Origin: Rhizobiaceae bacterium | GTDB taxonomy: Bacteria > Pseudomonadota > Alphaproteobacteria > Rhizobiales > Rhizobiaceae | Direction of reading: 5' to 3' | Length of the DNA: 41,887 nt | Assembly (NCBI GenBank): GCA_036520515.1 | Contig: DATDJN010000109.1 | Coordinates: forward strand, 1 to 41,887 | Shown here: piece after piece, positions 1 to 9,503 of the stretch | How the letters are laid out: each line of letters opens with the position of its first letter | How positions within the stretch are numbered: the first letter of the stretch is position 1 | The notes under the pieces: model-generated | Databases searched by the model: none | Told to the model about the DNA's origin: nothing | Seen by the model: the letters and a program-made list of their open reading frames with translations, nothing else | Position numbers and translations under genes: made by a program

Positions 1-543
1 CTGGGCATCGGCGAGGAGCGGCGCGTTGCGGTCCTTGTCCGAAAGCGTGACGTCCGCAGTGGATGTCCGCCAGTCGATGCCGATCGCCGGATCGTCGAAC
101 CTTATCGACCTGTCGTGCTCCGGCGAATAGCGCTCCGTCACCTTGTAGACGACCTCGGTATGGGGAACGAGCGTCACGAAGCCGTGCGCAAAGCCTTTTG
201 GCACCAGGATCTGGTTCCACTTCTCCGCCGAAACCTCGAGCCCCAACCAGGAACCGAACGTCGGAGAACTCCTTCTTATGTCGACCGCGACGTCGAAGAT
301 CGCGCCGCGAACGACCCTGATCAGCTTGTCCTGCGCGAAAGGCGGCAACTGGTAATGCAGCCCGCGAAGCACGCCGGCGCTTCGCGACAGCGAATGATTG
401 TCCTGGACGAAAACAAGATCTATTCCCACCGAGGTCAGGCGCGATGCGCTGTGGGTCTCGGAAAAGAAACCGCGATCATCGCCGAACCGTTGCGGCGTGA
501 TCTCATAAACACCCGCGAGATCGAGTTCCCTGACCCCAACCAT
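1..543 (-). CDS. rmlC: dTDP-4-dehydrorhamnose 3,5-epimerase (3' end runs off window)
   Basis: Not in the ORF track. Manual translation from ATG at 543 gives MVGVRELDLAGVYEITPQRFGDDRGFFSET...VQDNHSLS...GVLRGLHYQ...QDKLIRVVRGAIFDVAVDIR...VPKGFAHGF...YKVT...DDPAIGIDW...LSDKD, the canonical RmlC motifs. Confidence 0.96.
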   Translation of the reverse strand, partial: MVGVRELDLAGVYEITPQRFGDDRGFFSETHSASRLTSVGIDLVFVQDNHSLSRSAGVLRGLHYQLPPFAQDKLIRVVRGAIFDVAVDIRRSSPTFGSWLGLEVSAEKWNQILVPKGFAHGFVTLVPHTEVVYKVTERYSPEHDRSIRFDDPAIGIDWRTSTADVTLSDKDRNAPLLADAQ

Positions 544-607
544 CCTGTTCAGCCACCACCCCGGCCATGCGCCGCCGCAGATATCGCGGAGGCGCTGCGC
601 GGAAGCC

Positions 608-1411
608 TCATCCTTCAAAACGGGCATTCGCCTCCCTGAAGCGGCGCAACTTGTCAGCGGCCTCGGTCCTGTTGTGCACGCTGAGCTTGCTGATGATGTT
701 GTGAAGATGGACCTTGACGGTGTGCTCGGACAGGCCAAGATCAGCCGCGATCGCCTTGTTTTGCAGTCCGTCGGCTGCCATCTCCAGTACCTGGATCTCC
801 CTGGACGTCAGGTCCGTGACCCGCAGGTCGCTTTCCTGCCTTCCTGCCCGTGCCGCACCGTCGCCCGGCGGGACCAGGTACGCGCGCGCGGGACTCCCGG
901 AACGGGCGAACATGATTTCGGGTGGGAAATACTCGCCGCCGCAGAGCATCAGCCTCAGCACGGACAGCCAGATGTCCAGCCTGACGTTCATGGGGAGGAT
1001 TGCGCGCACCGAGGGGAAGCGCAGGATTTCAGGCAACGAACATTCACGGGCGAACTTGTCGCGCTGGATCGCGGCAGTCAGGGCGTAGGGGTGCAGGCGA
1101 AGCAGTTCGCGCGAGAACCGTTCCGCGGCCCCCAGCATGGATGCGTCGACAAGGATGAGCGCCACGGGATGGCCGAACTGCCTGCATGCAGAACTGACGT
1201 CGGCAACGAATTCGACCTCGACTCCCGGGAACTCCAGCTTGAGGACGTGAACCAGCCTGTCGGAAATGATCCCGTCCGCCGCCACGAACAGTATCGTCTT
1301 TCTCGGCTCGAAGAGACACCGGGCCCAGTCGCACGCGCCTGCCTTGCCCTCGTCTTCTCCGGCAGGGCCTGCCAGGTCGGTCATTTCGTCACCTGCGCTT
1401 CGTGTCCGCAT
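608..1411 (-). CDS. LuxR/NarL-family transcriptional regulator with atypical receiver-like N-terminus (start may be 1384)
   Basis: C-terminal HTH LTSREIQVLEMAADGLQNKAIAADLGLSEHTVKVHLHNIISKLSVHNRTEA; N-terminal REC-like alpha/beta pattern. Confidence 0.92.
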   Translation of the reverse strand: MRTRSAGDEMTDLAGPAGEDEGKAGACDWARCLFEPRKTILFVAADGIISDRLVHVLKLEFPGVEVEFVADVSSACRQFGHPVALILVDASMLGAAERFSRELLRLHPYALTAAIQRDKFARECSLPEILRFPSVRAILPMNVRLDIWLSVLRLMLCGGEYFPPEIMFARSGSPARAYLVPPGDGAARAGRQESDLRVTDLTSREIQVLEMAADGLQNKAIAADLGLSEHTVKVHLHNIISKLSVHNRTEAADKLRRFREANARFEG

Positions 1412-1500
1412 CGCGGGAAGCTAGCGCGGGATTCTGAAGGTAGCGACCGAACAATGGGATTACCTTTGGGTCACTCGGTGGGCAGGCGGGTAACCTCACC

Positions 1501-1548
1501 TAACCCATTTTGATGAAGAACCGCCCAGAACTTGGAACTTCCGCATGA
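1501..1548. promoter_or_regulatory. Candidate regulator-binding motifs in divergent luxR/export promoter region
   Basis: TAACCCATTTTGATGAAG (1501-1518) and GGAACTTCCGCATGA (1534-1548) recur in other divergent intergenic regions of the locus (18968-19177, 32385-32405). Confidence 0.45.
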
Positions 1549-1638
1549 TGGCAAGCGGGAGCAGGCTCTGGCCTCGGGAAGTGCGTCCGCTCATGGCAGA
1601 GCGCTGCGCGGGAGCGAATTGCTGGCAAGATCGGGGGC

Positions 1639-2937
1639 ATGATGATCCTGTTTGGGCCTAACACCATAAACCGCGTAGGCGGAATGCTTGCGGTCATGGC
1701 ATTCGGAATGGCGGCCATGGCGCTGCCGGCTATGGGCCAGCCAGGCTCTCCCCGCATGACGCCCGAGACGAAGCTGCGCGTCAGCGTGGCCCAGTGGATG
1801 CCTACGAAAGGCCAATACGAACAGTGGACGGCGCTGGGCGGCGAGTTCGTCGTAACACAGGACGGCGAGCTCGTGCTCCCGGTTGTCGGCTCCGTTCCGG
1901 TCGGAGAGCTTGACCCGGCGGGCCTCGCGTCGGAGATAGCCGGACGGCTGCAGTCGACAATGGGGCTGGCTTCGGCTCCGGTAACCACGGTCGAAGTCGT
2001 CGAGTATCCGCCGATCTATGTCGTCGGAGACGTGGAGTCGCCGGGCGAATACCGCTTCCGCTCGGGGTTGACCGCACTTCAGGCGTTGGCGCTCGGCGGA
2101 GGGATCCACCGCGACGTGGATGCCGGAAAAAACTCCGAAACACAGATACGGCTCGCTGGCGAACTGAGAGGCATCGCAGCGGATACCATGCGGTCGAAGG
2201 CCAGGATCGCGAGGCTCGAGGCGGAAATGTCGGGAGCCGCCGAGTTTTCAACTCCTGACGACGGTGTCGGCAGCCATGACGAGGCGATGGCCGAAATAGC
2301 CGCCCAGGAAAAGGTTCTCTTTCTCGCGAGAGCGAAAGAGATCGAACGCCAGACCAAGTCCCTTTCCGACCTGCGCGAACTCTTCGGAGCGGAGATAGAC
2401 GTCCTGAAGCAGAAGGTTAAGGCCTCCGACGAGAGCATCAAGACCGCGGAGGAGGAAATGGCCGCCGTCTCCGTGCTTGTGGACAAGGGCATCGCCGTCG
2501 CTTCCCGCAAGTCGGACCTCCAGCGTACTCTGTCGGGGTATCGCGCGGATCGCCTGGACCAGATTACCGCCATGATGCGTGCTCGGCAGGGTGTCGCCGA
2601 AGCGACGAGGAACATTGAGGGCCTTCGCGACCGCCACCAGACCGAAGTCGCGGCGGAACTACAGAACGAACGCGCGACGCTCGAGCAACTCCGTCTGAAG
2701 GAGGAAGTCTCCCGGAAGATGCTTTTCGAGGCTCTCGGCTCCGCCGAAGTGTCCGAGGGCCCCGCAGCGGACCGCCCGCTCGCCTTCGCGATCGTTCGGC
2801 GGCAAGGCGGCGAGCCGCGTGAATCCCCGGCGTTCGAAACGACTCCGCTCGAGCCGGGAGACGTCGTCAAGGTGAAGCTCTCCGCGATGACGAGGCGATC
2901 CGCCTCGTCATCGTTCGGCCCGCTAGCCCAGCGCTGA
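1639..2937 (+). CDS. Polysaccharide export (OPX, ExoF-like) protein
   Basis: Signal-like N-terminus, Poly_export motif (FVVTQDGELVLPVVGSV...VEYPPIYVVGDVESPGEYRFRSGLTALQALALGGG), coiled coil, C-terminal LEPGDVVKV. Confidence 0.9.
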   Translation: MMILFGPNTINRVGGMLAVMAFGMAAMALPAMGQPGSPRMTPETKLRVSVAQWMPTKGQYEQWTALGGEFVVTQDGELVLPVVGSVPVGELDPAGLASEIAGRLQSTMGLASAPVTTVEVVEYPPIYVVGDVESPGEYRFRSGLTALQALALGGGIHRDVDAGKNSETQIRLAGELRGIAADTMRSKARIARLEAEMSGAAEFSTPDDGVGSHDEAMAEIAAQEKVLFLARAKEIERQTKSLSDLRELFGAEIDVLKQKVKASDESIKTAEEEMAAVSVLVDKGIAVASRKSDLQRTLSGYRADRLDQITAMMRARQGVAEATRNIEGLRDRHQTEVAAELQNERATLEQLRLKEEVSRKMLFEALGSAEVSEGPAADRPLAFAIVRRQGGEPRESPAFETTPLEPGDVVKVKLSAMTRRSASSSFGPLAQR

Positions 2938-2938
2938 C

Positions 2939-4471
2939 ATGCACGGTGGTGTACGACGGGAAGATTTGGGCCTGGAGGCCGGGGGCTCGCATTCCCGGAT
3001 TCTCAGATCGACGGCAGTGATGGGAGGGGCGTCCGTCGCGAACGTCGCCCTCTCCGTGGTGCGCAGCAAGGCGATAGCGGTGCTGCTCGGCCCGCAGGGC
3101 GTGGGCCTCATGGGCCTTTACAATTCGATCGCTGACCTCGCGCAAGCCCTTGGCGCACTCGGAATCCATGAGGCAGGCGTTCGCCAGGTCGCCGAGGCTG
3201 CCGGAGAAGGCGACGAGGACCGGATCGCCCGGACTGCACGCGTCCTTAGATGGGCCTCGCTCGCGCTCGGGATGCTTGGAGCGGGCCTGCTGGTGGCGCT
3301 GTCGGTGCCCGTCGCACATCTCACTTTCGGCGACGGACAGCATGCCGCAGGCGTGGCGCTGCTGTCAGCGGCGGTGTTTTTCCGGCTGCTTGCCGGAGGG
3401 CAGGGCGCGCTGCTGCAGGGCATGCGGCGCATCGGGGATCTGGCCAGGATCAGCGTGGTTGGGAGCCTTTTCGGCACACTGGTGAGCATCCCCATGGTCT
3501 ACCTACTGGGGGAAGATGGGATCGTGCCGTCGCTCGTCGCCATGGCCGCGTTCTCGTTCCTCGTTTCCTGGTGGTACGCAAGGGGGATCGGCACGGGCTT
3601 GCGAGACTTGTCGAGGACCGCGATTGGCGTCGAAGCAACCGCCCTTCTCAGGCTCGGCCTTGCCTTCATGGCCAGCACGCTGCTCTCCGTAGCATCGGCC
3701 TACGCGGTCCGCATCATCGTGATGGCACACGAGGGAGCCGCCGGGGCGGGATTCTATCAAGCAGCATGGGCACTCGGCGGGATCTATGCCGGGTTCATAC
3801 TCCAGGCGATGGGAACCGACTTCTATCCTCGCCTTACCGCTGCGGCTGGAGACAACACCGCTTGCAACAGGTTGGTCAACGAGCAGGCGCATGTCGGCCT
3901 GCTTCTCGCAGGACCCGGCGTGATCGCTACGCTCGTGCTTGCGCCCTTGGTCGTGCGGATATTCTATACGCCCGAGTTCTACCCCGCGGCGGATCTCCTC
4001 CGGTGGATCTGCCTCGGGATGATGCTGAGGATTGTCGCTTGGCCCATGGGATTCATCGTGATCGCCAAGGGTGCGCGGATGACCTTCATATGCACGGAAT
4101 TGGCTGCGTCCGCTGTGCATGTCGGCCTGGCCTGGATGTTCGTCGGCGAGTTCGGGGCGGTGGGCGCCGGGGCTGCGTTCCTCGCCCTCTACGTCTGGCA
4201 CGCGATCCTGATCTACCTTGTTGTGCGCCGGATGAGCGGGTTCCGGTGGTCGTCGGCCAATGTCAGGCTCATGCTGGCATTCCTGCCCGCGTGCTGCGCA
4301 GTCTTCGCTGGGTTCTTTCTGCTACCCGCTTGGCAGGCCAATGCCCTGGGACTGGTCGTTGCTGCCAGCGGCGGGATTTACTCGCTATCGGCGCTGCTAA
4401 CCCTTGTGCCTGCCGAGTCATTGCCCCGGGCGGTACGCCGCTGGCTTCCGGTGACCAATCCGGGTGCCTGA
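2939..4471 (+). CDS. wzx: Wzx-type O-unit flippase (MOP superfamily)
   Basis: 510 aa with many TM segments; RSKAIAVLLGPQGVGLMG and DFYPRL motifs typical of O-antigen translocases. Confidence 0.88.
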   Translation: MHGGVRREDLGLEAGGSHSRILRSTAVMGGASVANVALSVVRSKAIAVLLGPQGVGLMGLYNSIADLAQALGALGIHEAGVRQVAEAAGEGDEDRIARTARVLRWASLALGMLGAGLLVALSVPVAHLTFGDGQHAAGVALLSAAVFFRLLAGGQGALLQGMRRIGDLARISVVGSLFGTLVSIPMVYLLGEDGIVPSLVAMAAFSFLVSWWYARGIGTGLRDLSRTAIGVEATALLRLGLAFMASTLLSVASAYAVRIIVMAHEGAAGAGFYQAAWALGGIYAGFILQAMGTDFYPRLTAAAGDNTACNRLVNEQAHVGLLLAGPGVIATLVLAPLVVRIFYTPEFYPAADLLRWICLGMMLRIVAWPMGFIVIAKGARMTFICTELAASAVHVGLAWMFVGEFGAVGAGAAFLALYVWHAILIYLVVRRMSGFRWSSANVRLMLAFLPACCAVFAGFFLLPAWQANALGLVVAASGGIYSLSALLTLVPAESLPRAVRRWLPVTNPGA

Positions 4472-4508
4472 ACTGAAGCCCGCGGCGGTCCGAAGGTTCG
4501 ATGCAGCG

Positions 4509-5678
4509 TCAGATGGCGCCCAGCACGCTCTCAAGCGTGTTCGCCACGTAGTCAACGTCCACGTCGCGCATCTGGTGATAGAGCGGCAGGATGATGGAGC
4601 GGCACTGAGCTGCAACGCTGCGGTCGAGCCCTGACCCCCGTCGACTGCTGGTCGGCTCGGCGTATGCCGCTTCCAGATGGATGTTCATCACCCCGCGCCG
4701 TGTGGAAATGCCCCGGTCGAGCAACTCCTGCATGACAGACCGCTGATCGGCTGCGGCGGGAAGCTGCACGCAGAAACTCTGCCAGTTGCTCCTTGCCCAG
4801 GACGGTTCACCCGGAAGCGCAAGTCCATCTACATGGCGCAGCCTATCGCGATACTTGTCGGCGAGCCGCCTCCGCCGGACGACAATCTCGGTAAGCCGCC
4901 GAAGCTGCTCCCTCCCGATAGCGGCCTGCAGATCGGTCATCCGGTAGTTGAAGCCCAACTCGGGGTAGGTTTCGTAGATGACCTGCCTCGATCCATGCCG
5001 GACAGTGTCGCTGACGCTCATGCCGTGCTGTCGCCACAGCCTGAACTTGCGGTCGATCTCCGGATTGGCGGTCGTCAGCATCCCGCCGTCCCCGGTAGTG
5101 ATCACCTTGCGGGGGTGGAACGAGAAACATGCGATCTCGCCGCGGGGCGCACCAACCTTCTGCCATCTGTCGTCCCACAGCATCTCGCTGCCGATGGCGC
5201 AGGCTGCGTCCTCCACTACGGGGATCGAAAGCCGCGCCGCGACTTCGAGGATGGCACGCATATCGCAGGGCATGCCAAGCTGATGCACGCACAGTATCGC
5301 CTTCGTTCGCCGCGTGACCGCCCTCTCTATCAGCGCCGGATCGATGTTGAATCCATCGGCCTCAATGTCGACGAATACCGGGACTGCGCCGCAGTAGCGG
5401 ATCGCGTTCGCCGTCGCGATGAAGGAATGGCTGACGGTAACGACCTCGCTGCCTTGGCCGACCTCCAGCGCTTTCAGTGCCAGGTGAAGCGCGGTCGTGC
5501 AGTTCGAGACGGCGCAGGCATGGGGCGCTCCGACGAAGTCGGCAAACTCCCTCTCGAAGGCGGCGACCTCCGGCCCTTGCGTGACCCATCCCGACAGGAC
5601 CACGCGCCGGGCGGCCTCGACTTCGGGCTCGCCCAACAGGGGCTTGGCTACCGGAATCTGCGAGACGGGGATGTTCAT
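4509..5678 (-). CDS. DegT/DnrJ/EryC1/StrS NDP-sugar aminotransferase
   Basis: GWVTQGPEV, VSNCTTALHL, VEDAACAIG, FSFHPRKVITTGDGG (PLP Lys), GFNYRMTD. Start placed at the ATG overlapping the upstream TGA (ATGA). Confidence 0.95.
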   Translation of the reverse strand: MNIPVSQIPVAKPLLGEPEVEAARRVVLSGWVTQGPEVAAFEREFADFVGAPHACAVSNCTTALHLALKALEVGQGSEVVTVSHSFIATANAIRYCGAVPVFVDIEADGFNIDPALIERAVTRRTKAILCVHQLGMPCDMRAILEVAARLSIPVVEDAACAIGSEMLWDDRWQKVGAPRGEIACFSFHPRKVITTGDGGMLTTANPEIDRKFRLWRQHGMSVSDTVRHGSRQVIYETYPELGFNYRMTDLQAAIGREQLRRLTEIVVRRRRLADKYRDRLRHVDGLALPGEPSWARSNWQSFCVQLPAAADQRSVMQELLDRGISTRRGVMNIHLEAAYAEPTSSRRGSGLDRSVAAQCRSIILPLYHQMRDVDVDYVANTLESVLGAI

Positions 5679-6649
5679 GCCGCCTCCACAGAGCGCGCCT
5701 CGCGCTCGCCGCGCCACCACGACACGAGTTCCCTGAGGCCGTCTTCCATGCGAATGGATGCCTCGAATCCCAGGAGGTCCCGGGCCTTCCTCACGTCGGC
5801 CAGACGGCGCGGAACTGCGTTCACGCTGCGCGCAGGCGCATGCTCGGGCGCGAGCGGCGAACCCATGGCGCTGGCGAGCATCCTAGCGAGTTCCAGCAGG
5901 CTGGTTTCCGTGCCGCTCGCGACGTTGAACACCTCGTCCGTGACCTCCGACTTCGCCGCGGCCAGATTGGCGCGCGCGATGTCGCGCACGTGTACGAAGT
6001 CCATGGTCTGGCTTCCGTCTCCGTAGATGAGCGGCGGCAGGCCGCCGGCGATGCGTTCCATCCACCGGATAAGCACCTCGGTATAGACGCCGTGGACGTC
6101 CATCCGCGGACCGTAGACGTTGAAATAGCGCAGTGCGACGTAGCGCAGTCCGTACATCTCCGCGAAGCTGCGCAGGAGCCCCTCGTTGAACGTCTTGGCC
6201 GCGCCGTAGATCGTGCGGTTGTTGTACGGATGGTGGGTCTCGGCCGTGGGAAAAGTCTCCGCCAGCCCCAGGATCGAGGCCGAGGAAGCGGCCACCACCT
6301 TGGAGACCCCGGCCGCGACAGCCGCCTCGAGCACGTTGAAGGTGCCTCCGGCCAGGACGTCGAATGCCAGACGCGGCTCTTCGGCGCACTGCGTGATGCG
6401 GATCGCGGCCTGATGGAAGACAACGTCGACGCCCTTGAACGCACGCTCCAGGAGAGCGCGGTCCCTTATGTCTCCTTCGACGACGGTCAGCGGAAAGGCG
6501 GCGGCGGCCGAGGCGAGATTCTCTCGGCAGCCGCGCACGAAATTGTCGAGTATGATGATCTCGCGCGGCTGCTCGAAGGCGACGAGATCGGCGATATGGG
6601 ATCCAACAAGTCCCGCGCCTCCCGTGATCAAAACCCGTTTATTTCTCAT
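5675..6649 (-). CDS. NAD-dependent NDP-sugar epimerase/dehydratase (extended SDR)
   Basis: ITGGAGLVG Rossmann motif, YGAAK, LRYFNVYGP, GDGSQTMDFVHV. Confidence 0.93.
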   Translation of the reverse strand: MRNKRVLITGGAGLVGSHIADLVAFEQPREIIILDNFVRGCRENLASAAAAFPLTVVEGDIRDRALLERAFKGVDVVFHQAAIRITQCAEEPRLAFDVLAGGTFNVLEAAVAAGVSKVVAASSASILGLAETFPTAETHHPYNNRTIYGAAKTFNEGLLRSFAEMYGLRYVALRYFNVYGPRMDVHGVYTEVLIRWMERIAGGLPPLIYGDGSQTMDFVHVRDIARANLAAAKSEVTDEVFNVASGTETSLLELARMLASAMGSPLAPEHAPARSVNAVPRRLADVRKARDLLGFEASIRMEDGLRELVSWWRGEREARSVEAA

Positions 6650-7370
6650 CGGACATCTCCGTCATTCGTGAGGCCAGCGGCGAGGAATCGGTGTCCGATC
6701 GCCAGTGAACGAACCTTGCCGGGACTCCGACTACGACCGAGAAGGGCTCGACGTCATCGATCACGACAGCGCCCGCGCCGACGATCGCGCCCTTGCCGAT
6801 GGTGACTCCCGGGAGAATGGTGGCGTTGGTGCCGACATCGGCCCACGCCTTGATCCGCACAGGGCTGATCCGAAGCGGCGTGGAAACTACGGGCATGTCC
6901 TGCGGCAGTCCGGTGTGCATCGACCCGAGCACTTTGACGCCCGGTCCCAAACCGACGAATTCCTCGAGAACCAGATCGCGCGCGTCGAGGTAGGCCTGCG
7001 GGCCGATCCAGACGTGATCGCCGATCACGCAAGTGCCGTCGAAGCGCCCCTGGATGTACGCCTGGGCACCGATGAATACCCCATGCCCAACCTCGAATGT
7101 CTCGGGATGCTTGAAACCGACGGCGCTTCCAACCTGAAGGCCCGACCCGCAACTGCTGGCGAGTCCTTTCAGGATGACGCGCCGCATCATCCCGTCCAGA
7201 AAGGAATCGCCTGCCGAGAAGCGGGAGTAGAGTCCCGTCAGGCCGTCCCTGCCGTAAGTCGCTTTGAGCGTCGACGCCAGTTCGTCCTCGTAGGCGGGGT
7301 CCGGTACGATCTCCCGGCGTCCGTGCACCGCCTCGACGGTCCGGCCGACGATCTTCAGGTCACGCGGCAT
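6639..7370 (-). CDS. Hexapeptide-repeat (LbH) sugar acyltransferase with N-terminal extension
   Basis: Left-handed beta-helix repeats, C-terminal TILPGVTIGKGAIVGAGAVVIDDVEPFSVVVGVPAR. Confidence 0.9.
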   Translation of the reverse strand: MPRDLKIVGRTVEAVHGRREIVPDPAYEDELASTLKATYGRDGLTGLYSRFSAGDSFLDGMMRRVILKGLASSCGSGLQVGSAVGFKHPETFEVGHGVFIGAQAYIQGRFDGTCVIGDHVWIGPQAYLDARDLVLEEFVGLGPGVKVLGSMHTGLPQDMPVVSTPLRISPVRIKAWADVGTNATILPGVTIGKGAIVGAGAVVIDDVEPFSVVVGVPARFVHWRSDTDSSPLASRMTEMSDEK

Positions 7371-8466
7371 CGGCGATATCCTCGACGACTGCGGCGACTT
7401 CAGCTGCCTGGCCGTCGGTCATTTCGGGATAGATTGGAAGTGACAGGACTTCCGCAGCGGCACGCTCCGCACGCGGGAAGTCCCCCAGACGATAGCCGAG
7501 GTCGGCATGCGCCTCCTGGAGGTGCACTGGGATGGGGTAGTGGAGACCCGATTCTATCCCCTTCGCCTGCAGCCTGCGCTGCAATCCGTCACGGTCCTGG
7601 GTGCGTACGGCATAGATGTGATAGACATGCCTGCGGCCAGGTGCCTCCGTCGGGACCGTGACCTGTCCCGATCCCGTCAGCAGCGAGGAATAGGTCCGCG
7701 CACAGCGGCGGCGTGCCTCGGTCCAACTGTCGAGATGCCGCAGCTTGACGCGGAGCACGGCTCCCTGGATCGCGTCCATGCGGTAGTTGAAGCCCTTCAG
7801 CGCGTGATGGTAACGCTTCTCCTGGCCCCAGTCGCGAAGCATCCGGATTGCCTTTACACGGTCGTCGTCATTCGTCACGACGATGCCACCTTCGCCGCAG
7901 GCACCGAGGTTCTTGCCCGGATAGAAACTGAAGCAGCCGGAGGCCCCGATGCTTCCCGCCCGTTGCCCCATGTACTCGGCACCGTGTGCCTGGCACGCGT
8001 CCTCGATCACCGGAATTCCGTACTTGTCGGCGATCTCTATGATCGTGTCCATCTCCGCCATCTGGCCGTAGAGGTGGATCGGGACGATCGCTTTCGTGCG
8101 TGGCGTAATCGCCGCCTCGAGCTTGCCCGGGTCCATGTTGAACGTGACCGGATCGATGTCCACGAGGACGGGCCTCGCCCCGGCGTAGCAGATGGCAGAT
8201 ACCGTAGCCACGAATGTGAACGGGGCCGTGATCACCTCGTCGCCCGCACCGATGCCCTCGGACAGGAGCGACAGGTGCAGCGCGCTCGTTCCGGTGTTGA
8301 CGGCTACCGCGTGCCTTGCGCCGCAGTAGGCCGCGAACTCGCGTTCAAAGGCGGCGACCTCCTCGCCAAGGACATAGCGGCCAGAGCCGAGCACTCTCAG
8401 CACCGCGTCGTCGAGCTCTGCCTTGATGCCTGCGTACTGCGCCTTCAGGTCCAGGAACGGGATCAT
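7360..8466 (-). CDS. DegT-family aminotransferase (WbpE/FdtB-like)
   Basis: MIPFLDLKAQY, VNTGTSAL, PIHLYGQ, IEDACQAHGA, FSFYPGKNLGACGEGG, YRMDAIQ, HYPIPVH. Confidence 0.95.
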   Translation of the reverse strand: MIPFLDLKAQYAGIKAELDDAVLRVLGSGRYVLGEEVAAFEREFAAYCGARHAVAVNTGTSALHLSLLSEGIGAGDEVITAPFTFVATVSAICYAGARPVLVDIDPVTFNMDPGKLEAAITPRTKAIVPIHLYGQMAEMDTIIEIADKYGIPVIEDACQAHGAEYMGQRAGSIGASGCFSFYPGKNLGACGEGGIVVTNDDDRVKAIRMLRDWGQEKRYHHALKGFNYRMDAIQGAVLRVKLRHLDSWTEARRRCARTYSSLLTGSGQVTVPTEAPGRRHVYHIYAVRTQDRDGLQRRLQAKGIESGLHYPIPVHLQEAHADLGYRLGDFPRAERAAAEVLSLPIYPEMTDGQAAEVAAVVEDIADAA

Positions 8467-9503
8467 GCCACATGCCTCATGGAAGGGTTGAGTTCGATCG
8501 GCCTGCCGCGCTGCGCAAGCGAACGGCTCGCCGCCTCAAGGATTTTCACGACCCGGAGACCGGCATGTCCGTCAGCGGACGGAACGCTTCCGTTCTCGAT
8601 GCAGCCTGCGAATTCGCGAAGTTCCCTGCTGAGCGCCTCGGTCATGTCCAGCTGCGGAGCCCACATGTCCCCGGTTCGGTAGCCCACCAGCATCTGGTAG
8701 ACCTTCTCGCCGTTCTTCTGAGGATTGCCGTTGAGGGTTATGCCCTTGTCGTAGACCTTTATCTTCTCGCTCGGCTCAAGGTCGTCGTAGAGGATCATCT
8801 TCCGGCTCCCGCCAACGAGAGTGCGCCGCACCTTGACCGGGGCGAGCCAGTTTACGTGAACGTGGGCCATCAGGCTGCCGGGATAGAAAAGATTGAGGTA
8901 GGCGATGTTCTCTGGCTCGCCAGGGACGTGGCTCATGCCTGTCGCACTTACCGCAACCGGCTTTTCCGGAAGGACATAGTCCATGATCGAAAGGTCGTGG
9001 ACGGCGAGGTCCCAGACGACGCTGACGTCATGCTGGAAAAGTCCGAGGTTCACCCGGACCGAGTCATAGTAATAAACGTCGCCGAGTCCCTCCCGAACCA
9101 GCTCGTGCATTTTGCGCACGGCGCCGGTGTGGATGAACGTATGGTCGACAGCGAGGACCAAGCCCCGTCGCTCGGCCTCGTCGACCAGCAGCTGTGCTTC
9201 CTCGGAGGTGGCGGCCATCGGCTTCTCGACGAAGATATGCTTTCCCGCACGTAGCGCGCTCATCGCCAACCTGAAGTGGGTGGAAACCGGCGTTGCTATG
9301 GCCACCGCGTCCACTGCGGGATTGTGCAGGAGTTCCTCGAAGTCATCTGTGATCGTGACGGACGGATAGCGGCTGCTGACCGTCGCCAGGCGCTCCTTTT
9401 TGAGGTCGCACACGGCGATCAGCCGGACCCCCGGCGTCTCATAAAGGTTCCTTACGAGGTTCGGTCCCCAGTAGCCGTATCCTGCGACAGCGACGCCGAT
9501 CAT
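8463..9503 (-). CDS. Gfo/Idh/MocA-family NDP-sugar dehydrogenase (WbpB/GnnA-like)
   Basis: GYGYWGPNL, IATPVSTH, KHIFVEKPM, WDLAVHD. Confidence 0.9.
   Translation of the reverse strand: MIGVAVAGYGYWGPNLVRNLYETPGVRLIAVCDLKKERLATVSSRYPSVTITDDFEELLHNPAVDAVAIATPVSTHFRLAMSALRAGKHIFVEKPMAATSEEAQLLVDEAERRGLVLAVDHTFIHTGAVRKMHELVREGLGDVYYYDSVRVNLGLFQHDVSVVWDLAVHDLSIMDYVLPEKPVAVSATGMSHVPGEPENIAYLNLFYPGSLMAHVHVNWLAPVKVRRTLVGGSRKMILYDDLEPSEKIKVYDKGITLNGNPQKNGEKVYQMLVGYRTGDMWAPQLDMTEALSRELREFAGCIENGSVPSADGHAGLRVVKILEAASRSLAQRGRPIELNPSMRHVA

Noticed and set aside
115-639. 174-aa plus-strand ORF
   Set aside because: Antisense shadow of rmlC, which has clear family motifs on the minus strand.
674-1513. 279-aa plus-strand ORF
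   Set aside because: Antisense to the LuxR gene; no recognisable motifs.
1534-1560. ECF (EcfG/RpoE2) promoter suggested by GGAAC
   Set aside because: No CGTT-like -10 at the expected spacing.
3250-4476. 408-aa Arg/Gly-rich ORF
   Set aside because: Alternate frame of wzx; typical GC-rich artefact.
4677-9254. Series of long plus-strand ORFs (449, 321, 318, 391, 260 aa)
   Set aside because: Antisense shadows of the well-supported amino-sugar operon.
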